A DNA stretch of 64,000 bases from Candidatus Tayloriibacteriota bacterium (GCA_009694955.1 SIBZ01000001.1:63-64062), one strand, 5' to 3'; shown: positions 1 to 10,241, counted from the first letter of the stretch. Translations and numbers: made by a program. Notes: generated by a model from the letters alone, not told the origin.

Positions 1-770
1 TCAAGCGTTACTTCTATCACCCTGTCAGGGCTGTTTGCGGGAAGGCTGGCATTGTGAGCGGCAATGAGTTCTTGGTAGCGTTTGCCAATATTTTCGTGTC
101 TTCCCCCATCCGTATCTTCCCCCCCGTTATAGTACTCAAAGTACAGTTCCGGTCCGAATTTCGTCAGCTCTTCATTAGCCAATTTTCGCAAGTTGTCGAG
201 CTCCGTTGCGCGGGTTCTGTGTAGCTTCTTCGTTGCGTTCGGGTCAAACCCCATCGTCAAATCAGCGCTGTACATCACGTACTGTCGCTTTTTAATGCGC
301 ATTTCTTCCTTAAATCCGGAATCAAACTCATCGCTCTTGCGTACCTCAACCCAGACTCCCTGCATAATCGTTTCCGTCAGCTGTTCGTTTTGGAAGATTT
401 CAGGGGCATAGCGGTACCAGAGGGCTAGCTCCTTCGTGTCACGCATATTTCTGAGAGCCTTACGGAGTTCAGGATTTTCCCACCCGGGTTGCGTAGGTGC
501 CTCCGGCTTTACGTACTCTCCCGCCCTTCGCTTTTCCTCCATTTGCGTTTCCACCTCCTTTTGCAACGTAGCAATCACCTTTTCATTTTCTGCTACTTTT
601 TGTTCAATCCACGCAACAATAGCGCCGATTGTTTCTTTGTCGCCTTTGTCGATGCCCTGGACCCGCTTCAGGAGGTTTCCTCGGTCGGTATTGGGTCCCA
701 TCAGCCGAAGTTCGTTCAGAATGGCCTCGGCCTCGGGTTTTGCTTCAGTTAGAGGTGCTTCAGATACCAT
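1..770 (-). CDS. Hypothetical protein, 3' end outside window
   Basis: ATG at 770 (MVSEAPLTEAKPEAEAIL...); frame open to the window edge, so absent from the ORF track; co-oriented with 800..3856. Confidence 0.7.
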   Translation of the reverse strand, partial: MVSEAPLTEAKPEAEAILNELRLMGPNTDRGNLLKRVQGIDKGDKETIGAIVAWIEQKVAENEKVIATLQKEVETQMEEKRRAGEYVKPEAPTQPGWENPELRKALRNMRDTKELALWYRYAPEIFQNEQLTETIMQGVWVEVRKSDEFDSGFKEEMRIKKRQYVMYSADLTMGFDPNATKKLHRTRATELDNLRKLANEELTKFGPELYFEYYNGGEDTDGGRHENIGKRYQELIAAHNASLPANSPDRVIEVTL

Positions 771-799
771 ATGCACATATTACCTTATTAATGTTGTCT

Positions 800-3700
800 T
801 TAGTAAAGCAAATCACTCCCCCCTTTTTTCTTTCCCCTCTTCAATTCAGCCAAAATCTCCCTTAGGTATTCCTGTTCTTTTCTCATACCAGACAAGCTCA
901 TCTGTGACGGAAGTGCGTTTCGAATCGAATCCTCCCGGTTGACCGCAGTCTGATATTCGATATATCTCGCGTTGTACTCCTGCTTTCGCGTCTCACCGCG
1001 CTTTGAGTCTTCGACGAGGCGTTTTACGCGCGCGTGTATCATTTCCTGCTTTTCGCCTTCGGTCAGCGCGTGCTCATCTTCGGCAAGGGCGCGCACGAAA
1101 CTTGCGGGGAGCACTCCGTAATCCACGAGCTCCGGCTTGAAGTGGTCGTCCTTCGGGGTTAGTTCGATGTATTCCTGCGGGGTTAGTTTGGCGAACGCCG
1201 TCGACATCTTATTAACTAATTGGTCAATCGCACCTTGGTTTTTAACATTGAATTCCTTCAGCTCCTTCTCCGCCTCCTCCATTGCCTTCTCCGCTTTCGC
1301 CAGTCCGTGATACTCCGAAGAAAGTTGCGGTTCCAGGCTTGCTATTGCCGCTTTTGCGGCCTGGTCAGTTGGATTTTTGGCGAACTTTTCCTTTGCGTCT
1401 TTGTATTCAGTCCACCTCCGCAGAGCGTCTTTTTGGGCTTGTGTGGGTTCCTGCGCTGTAGCCAGACTCTGTCCCGCTAAAGTAACTCGGGATTGATGCT
1501 CTTTTGTCGCCCGTTCAAGCTCTTGTTCCGCCGCTGTAATTTGTACCTGTTGCGCCTGCTTCGCCAGCTCGAGTTTTTGCTCCGCCGCTGTAATTTGTAC
1601 CTGTTGCGCCTGCTTCGCCAGATCGCGTTTTTGCTCCGCCGCGGTAATTTGTACCTGTTGCGCCTGCTTCGCTCGGTCAAGTCCTTGCTGTGCGGTTGCG
1701 ATGGCAGGGGCTTGTTTTGCTTTCTCGGCATCCAGTTTCTTTTGCGCGTTTTCAACAAATCCTTGGAATATTTTGTTGTTCGGGTCTGTAGCAAGATCCG
1801 CCTTCTCTTCAGCGAGTCTTTTTTCTGCTGCCTCAATTTCAGGTGTTTTCCGCTCGGCTCGTTCAAGCTCTTGTTCCGCCACTGTGACGTTTCCTGCCGG
1901 TACTTTGGCCCGTTCAAGCTCTTGTTCCGCCACTGTGACGTTTCCTGCCGGTACTTTGGCCCGTTCAAGCTCTTGTTCCGCCGCTGTGACGTTTCCTGCC
2001 GGGACATTTGCCTGGTCAAGCTCTTTCTGAGCAGCTTCAATTTCCCTCACGTCTGCTTTCGCATCCGTGAGCGCCTTTTCCGCGGCGGCAACCTCCACAG
2101 GGTTGGGGTTTGCTGTCTGGGCCAGCTTGGAGGCATTTTCCGCTTCCGTTACGTTCTTGCGTGCATCCGCAAGAGCTATTTGATGTTGGCGTTGGTCTGT
2201 CCGAAGAGGGTGCAACTTCTCCCCCGCCCTCCGTGCGACATTTATGTGACCAATGGCGCGCCGAACCGAAGCGTCATGCTCGGACTCTTCGTACGCCTCT
2301 TCGGCAGACTTGCTCCCGCCGAATTTCGCATCCGCCATACGACCGGTTGTTTGTTCGCGGAAGAATTTGCCGACTGCGGTGTTTCCTCTGGGAGTCTGCG
2401 ACAGCCGTTCGTTGAGGTTACGCATACTGGTATATTTTAGCGCGCCGGCGCCAATTTTTGAAAACAAGCCGACGTGCTTATCATCCGCCATTTTCGCTGC
2501 GTTCTTCTCTTGCCACTTTTCCCCGAGATGCCCAAGCCCGAACCCCTGCATAGCGTGTCGTCCGACGAGGCCGGTCCCCTCTCCCTTCAGCTTGTGGCCC
2601 CATTCCATCATAAGGTCGCTTCCCCGAGCACCGAGCGATTGTGCGACGATGAGGCATCCGACCATTAAGCCGATGAGAATAATAAAGTTGAATACGATGA
2701 TAAGCGGAGCAGAAGTCGTTCCCGTCAGTGCCGCGGCGAATCCTTGCGTTCCGCTATTCGCGGCAATGCTCATCGACTGCTGAAAGGCGTCGGAGTTGAT
2801 GGTATACACCACGATGTAGGAAAGGAGGAGGTAGAGAGGCGCGAAAAACGCCTGGCTCCAGAGTTTGTTCCACCACGCGCTCGCAAGTCCCGACGCTCCG
2901 GGCAGAAGCCACGACACGAACGCGAGCGGGGAGAGGAGCATCAACATAATCAGTGTAATACCCCGCAAGACAAACATTATGGACGCCGCGAAGAAGACGA
3001 ACGCGGCGACAAGCATCAGCACCGAGCCGAAGAGGCCCATTAAGATGATGTTCAGCATATTGATGCCTCCGCCGATAAGGCTTGTGGTATTCGCCTGCTT
3101 TCCTCCCCCGTTCAGGCTGTTCGGGTTGTAAATCGTCTGGAGGCGGAGTCCTTGCATAAATGCTTCGGAGAGTCCCGCGTCCCCGCCCTGCCGATGTTCC
3201 GCTGGCGCTATGAGATTGTAGAAATGGAGCGCGGCTATATTGGACGCGTCAACCACCGCTTTGGTGATAAAGAGCGAAAAGTTGATGAAGATGGCGACGA
3301 GCACCATTTGTGCGAGAAACCCCCACGCCTGTTCGGCTTTGAGGCCGAGCGTAATCGAGATTCCACACCAGAGCGCGATGAAAATGAATACGATATTGGA
3401 TACATCGCGGATAACCTTCCATCCGATATCCACAATCGGAAGGTCATGCAAGAGACTGCTCATATTGAGCGTCCGCTCAAGTGTGATGTTAAGGAGTGCG
3501 CCGGATACCCAGAGTGTCCGTGCCGCGAGCCACATACCGAGGTTCGCAATCAAGGCGACACAGCCGTCGAGATTGATTGACGGGACGATACCAAGTCCGC
3601 TATATGCGACACAGCCTTTGGTCTGCGGAGGCTCCGAAGGCAGTTTACTCTTTCCGTTTTGCGGAGCGGTCGGAGACCCACCCTTTCCGTCGGGGGCGTA

Positions 3701-3856
3701 GCCTTTCTGGGCGGGAGGAGAGTCAAGTCCTGTCGCTCCCGGGTCAATACCCGGTATTCCTTGCGCGAGTACAAACGTCGTTGGCACAAAGAGTACCCCC
3801 GCAACAACGCTCGAGAGAAGGAGGCTCACTATACCGGTTGTGAAGAAGCGGTGCAT
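800..3856 (-). CDS. Large polytopic membrane protein, VirB6/TrbL-like N-terminal region plus long coiled-coil tail
   Basis: Signal-like N-terminus, many TM helices (GWKVIRDVSNIVFIFIALW..., FINFSLFITKAVVDASN, LMLLSPLAF) typical of CPR VirB6-like proteins; Ala/Glu/Lys/Gln-rich C-terminal half. Confidence 0.75.
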   Translation of the reverse strand: MHRFFTTGIVSLLLSSVVAGVLFVPTTFVLAQGIPGIDPGATGLDSPPAQKGYAPDGKGGSPTAPQNGKSKLPSEPPQTKGCVAYSGLGIVPSINLDGCVALIANLGMWLAARTLWVSGALLNITLERTLNMSSLLHDLPIVDIGWKVIRDVSNIVFIFIALWCGISITLGLKAEQAWGFLAQMVLVAIFINFSLFITKAVVDASNIAALHFYNLIAPAEHRQGGDAGLSEAFMQGLRLQTIYNPNSLNGGGKQANTTSLIGGGINMLNIILMGLFGSVLMLVAAFVFFAASIMFVLRGITLIMLMLLSPLAFVSWLLPGASGLASAWWNKLWSQAFFAPLYLLLSYIVVYTINSDAFQQSMSIAANSGTQGFAAALTGTTSAPLIIVFNFIILIGLMVGCLIVAQSLGARGSDLMMEWGHKLKGEGTGLVGRHAMQGFGLGHLGEKWQEKNAAKMADDKHVGLFSKIGAGALKYTSMRNLNERLSQTPRGNTAVGKFFREQTTGRMADAKFGGSKSAEEAYEESEHDASVRRAIGHINVARRAGEKLHPLRTDQRQHQIALADARKNVTEAENASKLAQTANPNPVEVAAAEKALTDAKADVREIEAAQKELDQANVPAGNVTAAEQELERAKVPAGNVTVAEQELERAKVPAGNVTVAEQELERAERKTPEIEAAEKRLAEEKADLATDPNNKIFQGFVENAQKKLDAEKAKQAPAIATAQQGLDRAKQAQQVQITAAEQKRDLAKQAQQVQITAAEQKLELAKQAQQVQITAAEQELERATKEHQSRVTLAGQSLATAQEPTQAQKDALRRWTEYKDAKEKFAKNPTDQAAKAAIASLEPQLSSEYHGLAKAEKAMEEAEKELKEFNVKNQGAIDQLVNKMSTAFAKLTPQEYIELTPKDDHFKPELVDYGVLPASFVRALAEDEHALTEGEKQEMIHARVKRLVEDSKRGETRKQEYNARYIEYQTAVNREDSIRNALPSQMSLSGMRKEQEYLREILAELKRGKKKGGSDLLY
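1511..1672. repeat. 54-bp coding tandem repeat x3 (AKQAQQVQITAAEQxxxx)
   Basis: tccgccgc(t/g)gtaatttgtacctgttgcgcctgcttcgc recurs at 1527, 1581, 1635. Confidence 0.95.
1860..2012. repeat. 51-bp coding tandem repeat x3 (AKVPAGNVTVAEQELER)
   Basis: gttcaagctcttgttccgcc(a/g)ctgtgacgtttcctgccgg recurs at 1861, 1912, 1963. Confidence 0.95.
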
Positions 3857-3859
3857 GGA

Positions 3860-6793
3860 TTAGTTGATGACAAAATCAAGCGGAAACGCAAGTGTCTTGT
3901 CCGCCCCCGAGTCATCTTTATACAAAGCCTCAATGAGTATTCGGACGGTACGTCCCTTTTCGAATCCGCCCGTAGCGAGAAGCGCATCCTTAAAGCCTAT
4001 GGCAACGGGCTTGTCAGGAGTTGCAGTCAGTCCCTCGGCGAAGATAATCGGTTTTGAGGTTTCTTGTATGTCTCCTAAACAAGAACCTTTCAATTTCCGG
4101 TTCGGTGGAGCGTCGGCGCAGACAATCGGATTTATTTTTCTGTCGCCTCCTGTGCCGAGAAGGAACGGTGGTGTCTCGCCGGACGTGATGGAATTCCCAA
4201 ACGCGAACACGAAGCTTTTGGTCCCGTTCGCGAACGTATCGAAATATTGCCTCCACTGCGCCGGAATAGTCGGAGGGCTTCCCACAAGCAGTTTCGCCTG
4301 GAGTGTTATGTTTTTTAGCTCTTTATTTGTCCGGAGTTGAATGGCGAGTTCCGGCGGAAGCGCGAGTGTTTCTCCCGCGATGAAGTCACGGCAAATACCC
4401 GAAGGACAGTTTCTCACGGAAAGAGATGTCGGATTAAATCCAACTTGCAGGGGAATGTTCTGGGGGACGGTCGAACCGGCACTGCCGACGGGTGTTTGCT
4501 TGCCGAACACCTCCACTTCGACGATGATGAGAGGGAAAAAGTATCTATCTGTGGCCAATGCAGATTGTTCTATTCGTACGTAACGCCCTTTAGTTCCAGT
4601 GGGGAGGGGAATAGTGTACCTAGGACTTCTGTACGTGTACAACGGAGCAGAGTTAGAAGAAGTTTGAGCTCGAACAGGAACCGAGTACACCACTTGTCTG
4701 GCGTCGTTCAAGACGGAGACCACAAAGCTTCCATTTCTAAGCGTGTTGTTGAACTCGCCATTTTTATCTGAGTCCCACGGTCCGGCGGGGCGGTAGATGA
4801 CCACCTCTTTTATTTCATCGGTGGTCCACCCCCTTGTCTTGTTTGCCCCGCTAGCTTCCAAGTCAACCTCCCACCATTCCGATGATTCCGATGAACCGGC
4901 GTTTGTGCAGGAAAAAGACAGATAGTTTCCGTCCCCTCCCGAAGTATTACCGTCTACCGCAACTTCGGCGAAAGGTTTTTGCGCCCAGTAGTTCCAGAAT
5001 TTGGTACAGTCGCTTGATTGCGAGGCAAGTTTCCCAACTGACATATTTCCTTCAATCGCTTGTGTTGGCGGAGGCGTAGTCCCGGTATTGCTTGGAGCAT
5101 TCGGTGCTCCGGCGCGAGTGAGTGCGTCATCGTTGTTCTGTTCCGCGTACTGGTTGACGCGGTTCCGGCAACCAACCTGCACCTGCTGGAAATACGTGGA
5201 CCATTCCGTGTCATCGGACTTGGTGATGAACTCCTGTCCCTCAGCCCTAACGAGAGTTTCATCTGGCCCGGGTGGGGCGCTGTGCTCAATTTCAGTCCCA
5301 TTCGTCTTTCGGTATGTCGGCACACTCGTGTTGTACACATAAGGGTCCCCCGTTGTTACTTTTCGATATGATTGCTGGCCCCCCGCCGTACTCTGACGCA
5401 CCGCAGCCGTTGGAAATCGAATAGTTTCTACTCCTTCGTAGGTTGCCCCACTATTTTCAAAGAGGTCGAACGGTACGGGTTTTGGGCTAACTGTAAGTCG
5501 TTGCCCGCGATTTTCAACCGTGTACGTCCTTCCCGCTTGTGCACCGTCGAGCAGTTTTACCGACAGGGTTTGAACTGGATTTGTTGCGGTCGAATCAGTA
5601 ATAATCCTTATGACTTCTGCGTTCGCCCGTCTATAGGAAACCAGCATCACACGATTGCTCCCCCCTCCTTCTGCTTGGTACTCAAAATCGCAGTTAATAC
5701 CCGCGGGTGGACGTATCGTTGCCAGCCGTTCCGCCGCTTCGGGGCTTGCGACCAGCTGGTCGAGGTATGACGGTCCTCCCCCCTGCTCCGGCTCGCTATT
5801 TCCAAGCAGTCCTCCGGGGCCGAGCGTTCGAACAAGGAGTTGGTTCACTAATGCTCCGAAAATCTCGTCAAGTTCGTCGGCGACCTCGAGTTCGCGGAGT
5901 GTGCTCGAGAGCGTGCTGTTTCCTTGCCCTACAATCATAGCGCCGGGAGTCTTTATCTTCCCCGGTGTCTTACACGCGCCTGTTCTCGTCACTTTGCCGT
6001 TGCGGTCTTTTTCGTCCGGGTAGTACTCTTCGCAACTTCTCCACGATTTAAATCCTTGGCCAAAATCGAGCAGTTTGATTTCTTTTCCGCTCGCGGTCAC
6101 AATGCTCGCATCGAGCTTGCTCACTGTCCCGAGGTACGCGCCGTACACATTGTTTTGCGGGTTGCCGGTGATTGATATCCAGTTGCGCCAACCGCCCGAA
6201 CGGAAGTTTCCCGTGACGAACGAGTCGTACGAACCGCGCACATTGGCAATCACATCGGAAAGCCGGCAACGGACATCTTCGCGGGTATTCAGCGAATATT
6301 GGAGACCGAGCGCGAATTGCAGGTTAAGGCGGAACGGAGCACAGAGCATTGGGGCGATTTTCTCTATTTCACGCCCGAATTCTTTATCGGCGACATCCAT
6401 AAGGAACCCTTCGGGGTTCGTTATGAAGGAAGGCTTGCCTTCAAATCCACTGTTTATCCAGTTAACGACGCTTTTGGTGAAACTCTGCAGTATGGTGCGA
6501 GCTATTTGTTTGGCCGTAATGTCCAGAATGCATTCTTTCAGCAAGCTTCCTTTTGTATTCGAATCAGTTTTTCTGTTATATGAAGCGACCGTAGAGTCGT
6601 ACGTAGGCACTTTAAATACATTTATCGCTGCTTCCCCAAGCGCCTGTGCCCCGCCAATAAGAGAGTTAAAGAGGTATCCTCCGAGGCATCCGAGTATGGC
6701 GTCCGTGCGTTTCGGGTAGAGCAAAAGAGCCGTTGGTGCAATAAGCAATACGGCAAAAAAAGGCGGCAACCATTTTTTCCACACCCTCTTCAC
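3860..6793 (-). CDS. Large exported protein: CPR-type N-terminal domain plus F5/8-type C / F-type-lectin-like domain
   Basis: N-terminal TM/signal; SVVNWINSGFEGKPSFITNP motif; later GKLASQSS..AVDGNT..WWEVDL..GRYVRIE..IVEVEVFG, a discoidin/fucolectin pattern. Confidence 0.75.
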   Translation of the reverse strand: MKRVWKKWLPPFFAVLLIAPTALLLYPKRTDAILGCLGGYLFNSLIGGAQALGEAAINVFKVPTYDSTVASYNRKTDSNTKGSLLKECILDITAKQIARTILQSFTKSVVNWINSGFEGKPSFITNPEGFLMDVADKEFGREIEKIAPMLCAPFRLNLQFALGLQYSLNTREDVRCRLSDVIANVRGSYDSFVTGNFRSGGWRNWISITGNPQNNVYGAYLGTVSKLDASIVTASGKEIKLLDFGQGFKSWRSCEEYYPDEKDRNGKVTRTGACKTPGKIKTPGAMIVGQGNSTLSSTLRELEVADELDEIFGALVNQLLVRTLGPGGLLGNSEPEQGGGPSYLDQLVASPEAAERLATIRPPAGINCDFEYQAEGGGSNRVMLVSYRRANAEVIRIITDSTATNPVQTLSVKLLDGAQAGRTYTVENRGQRLTVSPKPVPFDLFENSGATYEGVETIRFPTAAVRQSTAGGQQSYRKVTTGDPYVYNTSVPTYRKTNGTEIEHSAPPGPDETLVRAEGQEFITKSDDTEWSTYFQQVQVGCRNRVNQYAEQNNDDALTRAGAPNAPSNTGTTPPPTQAIEGNMSVGKLASQSSDCTKFWNYWAQKPFAEVAVDGNTSGGDGNYLSFSCTNAGSSESSEWWEVDLEASGANKTRGWTTDEIKEVVIYRPAGPWDSDKNGEFNNTLRNGSFVVSVLNDARQVVYSVPVRAQTSSNSAPLYTYRSPRYTIPLPTGTKGRYVRIEQSALATDRYFFPLIIVEVEVFGKQTPVGSAGSTVPQNIPLQVGFNPTSLSVRNCPSGICRDFIAGETLALPPELAIQLRTNKELKNITLQAKLLVGSPPTIPAQWRQYFDTFANGTKSFVFAFGNSITSGETPPFLLGTGGDRKINPIVCADAPPNRKLKGSCLGDIQETSKPIIFAEGLTATPDKPVAIGFKDALLATGGFEKGRTVRILIEALYKDDSGADKTLAFPLDFVIN

Positions 6794-6817
6794 TGTGCTA
6801 CTAGTATAGCAGACGAG

Positions 6818-6848
6818 TGTGGATAAAAGGTGGAAAAACAGTGGATAA
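6818..6848 (-). promoter_or_regulatory. Three DnaA-box-like 9-mers at 11-bp spacing
   Basis: tgtggataa 6818 (perfect), ggtggaaaa 6829, agtggataa 6840; just upstream of a TATACT -10 (6803-6808, minus strand). Confidence 0.5.
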
Positions 6849-6969
6849 AAGAGAAAGGAGGGGGTAGTAAGCAGAAAGCAATTAAGCGAACTAAGAAAAA
6901 GAGGTTGTGCGGATATTCTTAATTAATCCGTTGTATAGTTGCTCGCCTTTGAATCACGAGACTTTTATC

Positions 6970-6999
6970 CTGTCATTCCAGCTTTTGCTGGAATGACAG
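6970..6999. repeat. TGTCATTCC...GGAATGACA palindromic repeat (dRS3/REP-like)
   Basis: ctgtcattccagc-tttt-gctggaatgacag; relatives at 37894-37962 and ~51988-52014. Confidence 0.75.
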
Positions 7000-7064
7000 A
7001 GGGCTAAGAGGACGGCTCGAACCTCGGTCTTTTTTCTTTCCTAAGAAGCTAGCAAGCTAAATAG

Positions 7065-8024
7065 CTACTCCAGTATCGCTACTCCGGGTTCCTTTGGGTC
7101 GAACGAGACGTTATGAAGCGTGAAAATCCGCTTCATTTCGGCGAAGGTGTTAGAAAGAAGCTCAAAACTATGTGGATATGTCCCAATACTGGCAAGCGCC
7201 TTTGCAGGGTCGCTTATCACGAACTTCATACCTGCGACGCTCTGCGCTATGCCACTCATCGCGTTTACGAGACTAATATGGCTATTTACAAAGGGTTCCG
7301 GCACCTCAACAAGCACGAGCTCATTTAGCATGCCCTTGTAGACTCCAATACGCTCGTCGAGGTCTTTGAGCACTGAATCATCCTCTCTTTCTATGGCGAT
7401 TGTAATGGTGTTGAGTTCATTTTCTCCTATGTTTGCGTATTTTTTGAAGATACCGGCGACTTCATTTCCGTATGTTCTTAAAGTTTTCAGGTTAAATGCT
7501 TCGCTGACTGTCAGGTCGGGCCGCTCATACAGCCTTACCGCATCGATCGGAGGAGGGTTGTTGAAGAATTTCAGAAGTAATTTGCGCTCATCATCGGCGG
7601 TAAGCGGTTGCCCGCTTTGTTTCATTTTGAGATATTCCCCGAACAGGTTTTGAGCGATATTATCGGTAAGCGTGGGCTCGTTTTTAAGTCCCAGAGTCGT
7701 TTTTTCTCCGACGGTTTGCGCATCAAGCTTGTCGTCAGGTCCCGCTTTAAGCGGGTCTCTACCCGAAGCCACTTCGACGCCGTCCGCGGTCGTATCTCTG
7801 TCAGTGTCGGGGTTGTTTCTGTCCGTCTTCCACAACTCCTCTTCCCAATCCTTCAGTCCGTCGCCATCCGTGTCGCGGTCAAGAATCGCGTTCACCTTCC
7901 CTATATTCTCTGTTGAGAGCGCCCCATAGACCGTTTCGCGCTTTTTCACCTTGAAACCGAAAAAGACCCCTACACCGATGATGGAGAGGGCGACGAGAAT
8001 GATAAGAAAACGGCGGAACATCAT
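7065..8024 (-). CDS. Membrane-anchored protein with TSP3-like Ca-binding repeats
   Basis: N-terminal TM; DTDGDGLKDWEEELWKTDRNNPDTDRDTTADGVEVASGRDP. Confidence 0.8.
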   Translation of the reverse strand: MMFRRFLIILVALSIIGVGVFFGFKVKKRETVYGALSTENIGKVNAILDRDTDGDGLKDWEEELWKTDRNNPDTDRDTTADGVEVASGRDPLKAGPDDKLDAQTVGEKTTLGLKNEPTLTDNIAQNLFGEYLKMKQSGQPLTADDERKLLLKFFNNPPPIDAVRLYERPDLTVSEAFNLKTLRTYGNEVAGIFKKYANIGENELNTITIAIEREDDSVLKDLDERIGVYKGMLNELVLVEVPEPFVNSHISLVNAMSGIAQSVAGMKFVISDPAKALASIGTYPHSFELLSNTFAEMKRIFTLHNVSFDPKEPGVAILE

Positions 8025-8073
8025 AATTGCTCTAGTATAGCATCACTCACATTCTGGGTTACCCGAACGCGCC

Positions 8074-8946
8074 TCAAAAACTGAAAATGGCCCCCGGTTC
8101 TTCAGGACCAAAACGTATGCGCGCTTTCGTAAATGATTGCATAAGATTACTAAACGCCTGAGCCGCTGCAATAGCGGCATCATTGTAGTGGTCGAGGAAA
8201 CTCTGAGCCTGCAGAGTGAAATCTTTTTGTTCCGCGACAAGTTCTCGCACTCCTTTGCTTAACGCAGTATAACTCTTGGTAAGCGCTGTGTGATACATTT
8301 CAACGGGGGAAGGAGCGCGTATCGCTTCGAGCTTTTCGGATACTGTCCTGTATGTCTCGCTGAGCGCAGAAAGCCGGGCAATCGATGTTTCGCTTGGATT
8401 TTGCGTTGCTTCAGTAAAGACCTCATATTCAAGCTTCCCTTTTTGTAAGTAGAACAATATAAGCGTTCCAGCCTCATTTCCGTACGTGTGAAGTGCCTTT
8501 TGTTCGGCTGTTTCGTCCTGCTCCACGGGAGGCGGGGCATCCGCGGTTTTTGGTGCCGCTACATCTTGAGTTTTCGCGAAAGGGGAAAATGAAAGAGTAT
8601 AGTACGGAGCGAGAATTTTTTCTGTGACATCAGTACGCTGGTCCATCCCTTTTTTCGTAGGGTCGCGGCGAGATTGTACCTCGTTCCCATCTAAAGTTCC
8701 GTCTGCGTCAGTATCTGGGTTATTGGGGTCAGTGCGGTAAAGCACTTCTTCCCAGGCTGAAAGACCATCCTTGTCCGTATCGGTATAGACACTTATTATT
8801 CCGGAAGGGTCGGGCGCGGCGGCAGGCGACTTGGGAAGCAAGATTCTCTCAGTTTTTTTGAGGCCCACGTCTTGTTTGAGGAGTGGCCACACGCCCCATA
8901 TTATGGCGCATAAAGACAATAAAACTATGAAAATCTTCCGCGGCAT
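8074..8946 (-). CDS. Paralogous membrane-anchored protein with TSP3-like repeats
   Basis: DTDKDGLSAWEEVLYRTDPNNPDTDADGTLDGNE; shares TYGNE and F..xEPG C-terminal motifs with its neighbour. Confidence 0.8.
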   Translation of the reverse strand: MPRKIFIVLLSLCAIIWGVWPLLKQDVGLKKTERILLPKSPAAAPDPSGIISVYTDTDKDGLSAWEEVLYRTDPNNPDTDADGTLDGNEVQSRRDPTKKGMDQRTDVTEKILAPYYTLSFSPFAKTQDVAAPKTADAPPPVEQDETAEQKALHTYGNEAGTLILFYLQKGKLEYEVFTEATQNPSETSIARLSALSETYRTVSEKLEAIRAPSPVEMYHTALTKSYTALSKGVRELVAEQKDFTLQAQSFLDHYNDAAIAAAQAFSNLMQSFTKARIRFGPEEPGAIFSF

Positions 8947-8984
8947 TCTTACATTGTAACAGCATTCAGCCGGTATGTTACAAT

Positions 8985-9434
8985 ATGGATACAGTGCGTG
9001 TTATGAAACTATTTCTACCCTCCCGGCGGCACTTCTGTGTCCGAGGTTTCTCTGTGCTAGGAATACTGCTTTTGTTGGTCAGTGTGTCAGCGCCTCTTCC
9101 TGTTTTGGCACAGGTGTCATTCGGCGGGCGAGTTACTTTTCAAGACCCCATCTGCCAAGGGCCACCATTCGTGCCGGTTGCCATGGAGTTTATCATTGCG
9201 CAACCACTACCTGAGGGAACTGGCGCGATACCCGTCCCGCTTATGTGGCCGCTTGGCCTTGTCACCTTTCAAAATGGACCACCAACGCACATCGGGCAAA
9301 ACATACTTGGAAAATGGTGGGGGTGGTTCCCTTGCATTCTCTGGATTTGGGTTCCCTGTGGGCTTTCAGTCTGTCCGTACCCCATCATTAAAGGCGGGGG
9401 CGGTATCATTATCTACAACGGTTCAGGCCTCTAG
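8985..9434 (+). CDS. Small exported Cys/Pro/Gly-rich hypothetical protein
   Basis: Signal peptide ending VLA-Q, then SFGGRV and several Cys; overlaps the rsmA 3' end by 26 nt; start uncertain. Confidence 0.55.
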   Translation: MDTVRVMKLFLPSRRHFCVRGFSVLGILLLLVSVSAPLPVLAQVSFGGRVTFQDPICQGPPFVPVAMEFIIAQPLPEGTGAIPVPLMWPLGLVTFQNGPPTHIGQNILGKWWGWFPCILWIWVPCGLSVCPYPIIKGGGGIIIYNGSGL

Positions 9435-10185
9435 CAAGTGCAAACCATTGTTCGCAAGAGACATTTTCCGCCCGCGCGGTTGCGGAGATGTCGCATTGAA
9501 TGAGTGTTTCTCTCGTCACGCGCAGATTCGAGGAAAGCAGTTTCCGCGGATGTGAGAAGCCTTTTTTGAGTGTTTCAAAAAAAATCTGCTCGCTGATACC
9601 CTCAAAAAAATTCTTCGATATCCCCTCTATCGCGATAATCCCCGAATCTACTTTCGGAGGAGGAGAAAAGGACCCCGCTTTCACGGTGTCGATGTATCTG
9701 GGCGCGCCGTACGCTTTGACGCTTATCGAGAGGATGCTCTCTTTCTTGTCGCTTGCGACTATTCTCTTCGCCACCTCTTTTTGCAAAAGTAGCACCATTG
9801 CCGAGGGCTGTCTTTCCGATTCCAAGAATTTTCGTATCAGAGCCCCTGTAATGTAATACGGTATGTTTGCAACGACTTTATAGGAAGGAGTCAGTAGTAA
9901 GTAGTTAGTAGGAGAAAGGGTAAGGATATCGGCGTGAATAAGGCGCAGTTTCCCCTCGGCGATTTCTCTCGCGAATTTTTGTGTGAGTACCGGTATAAGC
10001 CGGTCGTCTTTCTCAACCGCGACAACCTTCCCTGCCAGTGCAAGCAGAAGCGCGGTGAGCACACCTTCTCCAGGGCCGACCTCGAGCACGGTATCTTCAG
10101 GCGAAAGACGGCCCGCTTCGGCGATTTTGTGAAGTGCGCTTGCGGAGCGGAGAAAATGTTGACCTAGTGATTTCTTTTTGAACAT
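9409..10185 (-). CDS. rsmA: 16S rRNA m6,2A dimethyltransferase KsgA
   Basis: KKSLGQHFL, LEVGPGEG, VVANIPYYIT, FSPPPKVDS. Confidence 0.97.
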   Translation of the reverse strand: MFKKKSLGQHFLRSASALHKIAEAGRLSPEDTVLEVGPGEGVLTALLLALAGKVVAVEKDDRLIPVLTQKFAREIAEGKLRLIHADILTLSPTNYLLLTPSYKVVANIPYYITGALIRKFLESERQPSAMVLLLQKEVAKRIVASDKKESILSISVKAYGAPRYIDTVKAGSFSPPPKVDSGIIAIEGISKNFFEGISEQIFFETLKKGFSHPRKLLSSNLRVTRETLIQCDISATARAENVSCEQWFALARGLNRCR

Positions 10186-10241
10186 AGGTGAGATGGTACT
10201 CCTCTGGAAAGCGTTTTGGAATCAGAGTATTATTACCGAAT

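Noticed and set aside
1511-2012. CRISPR array or DGR template/variable repeats
   Set aside because: Contiguous in-frame coding repeats with no spacers, no adenine-specific differences and no reverse transcriptase.
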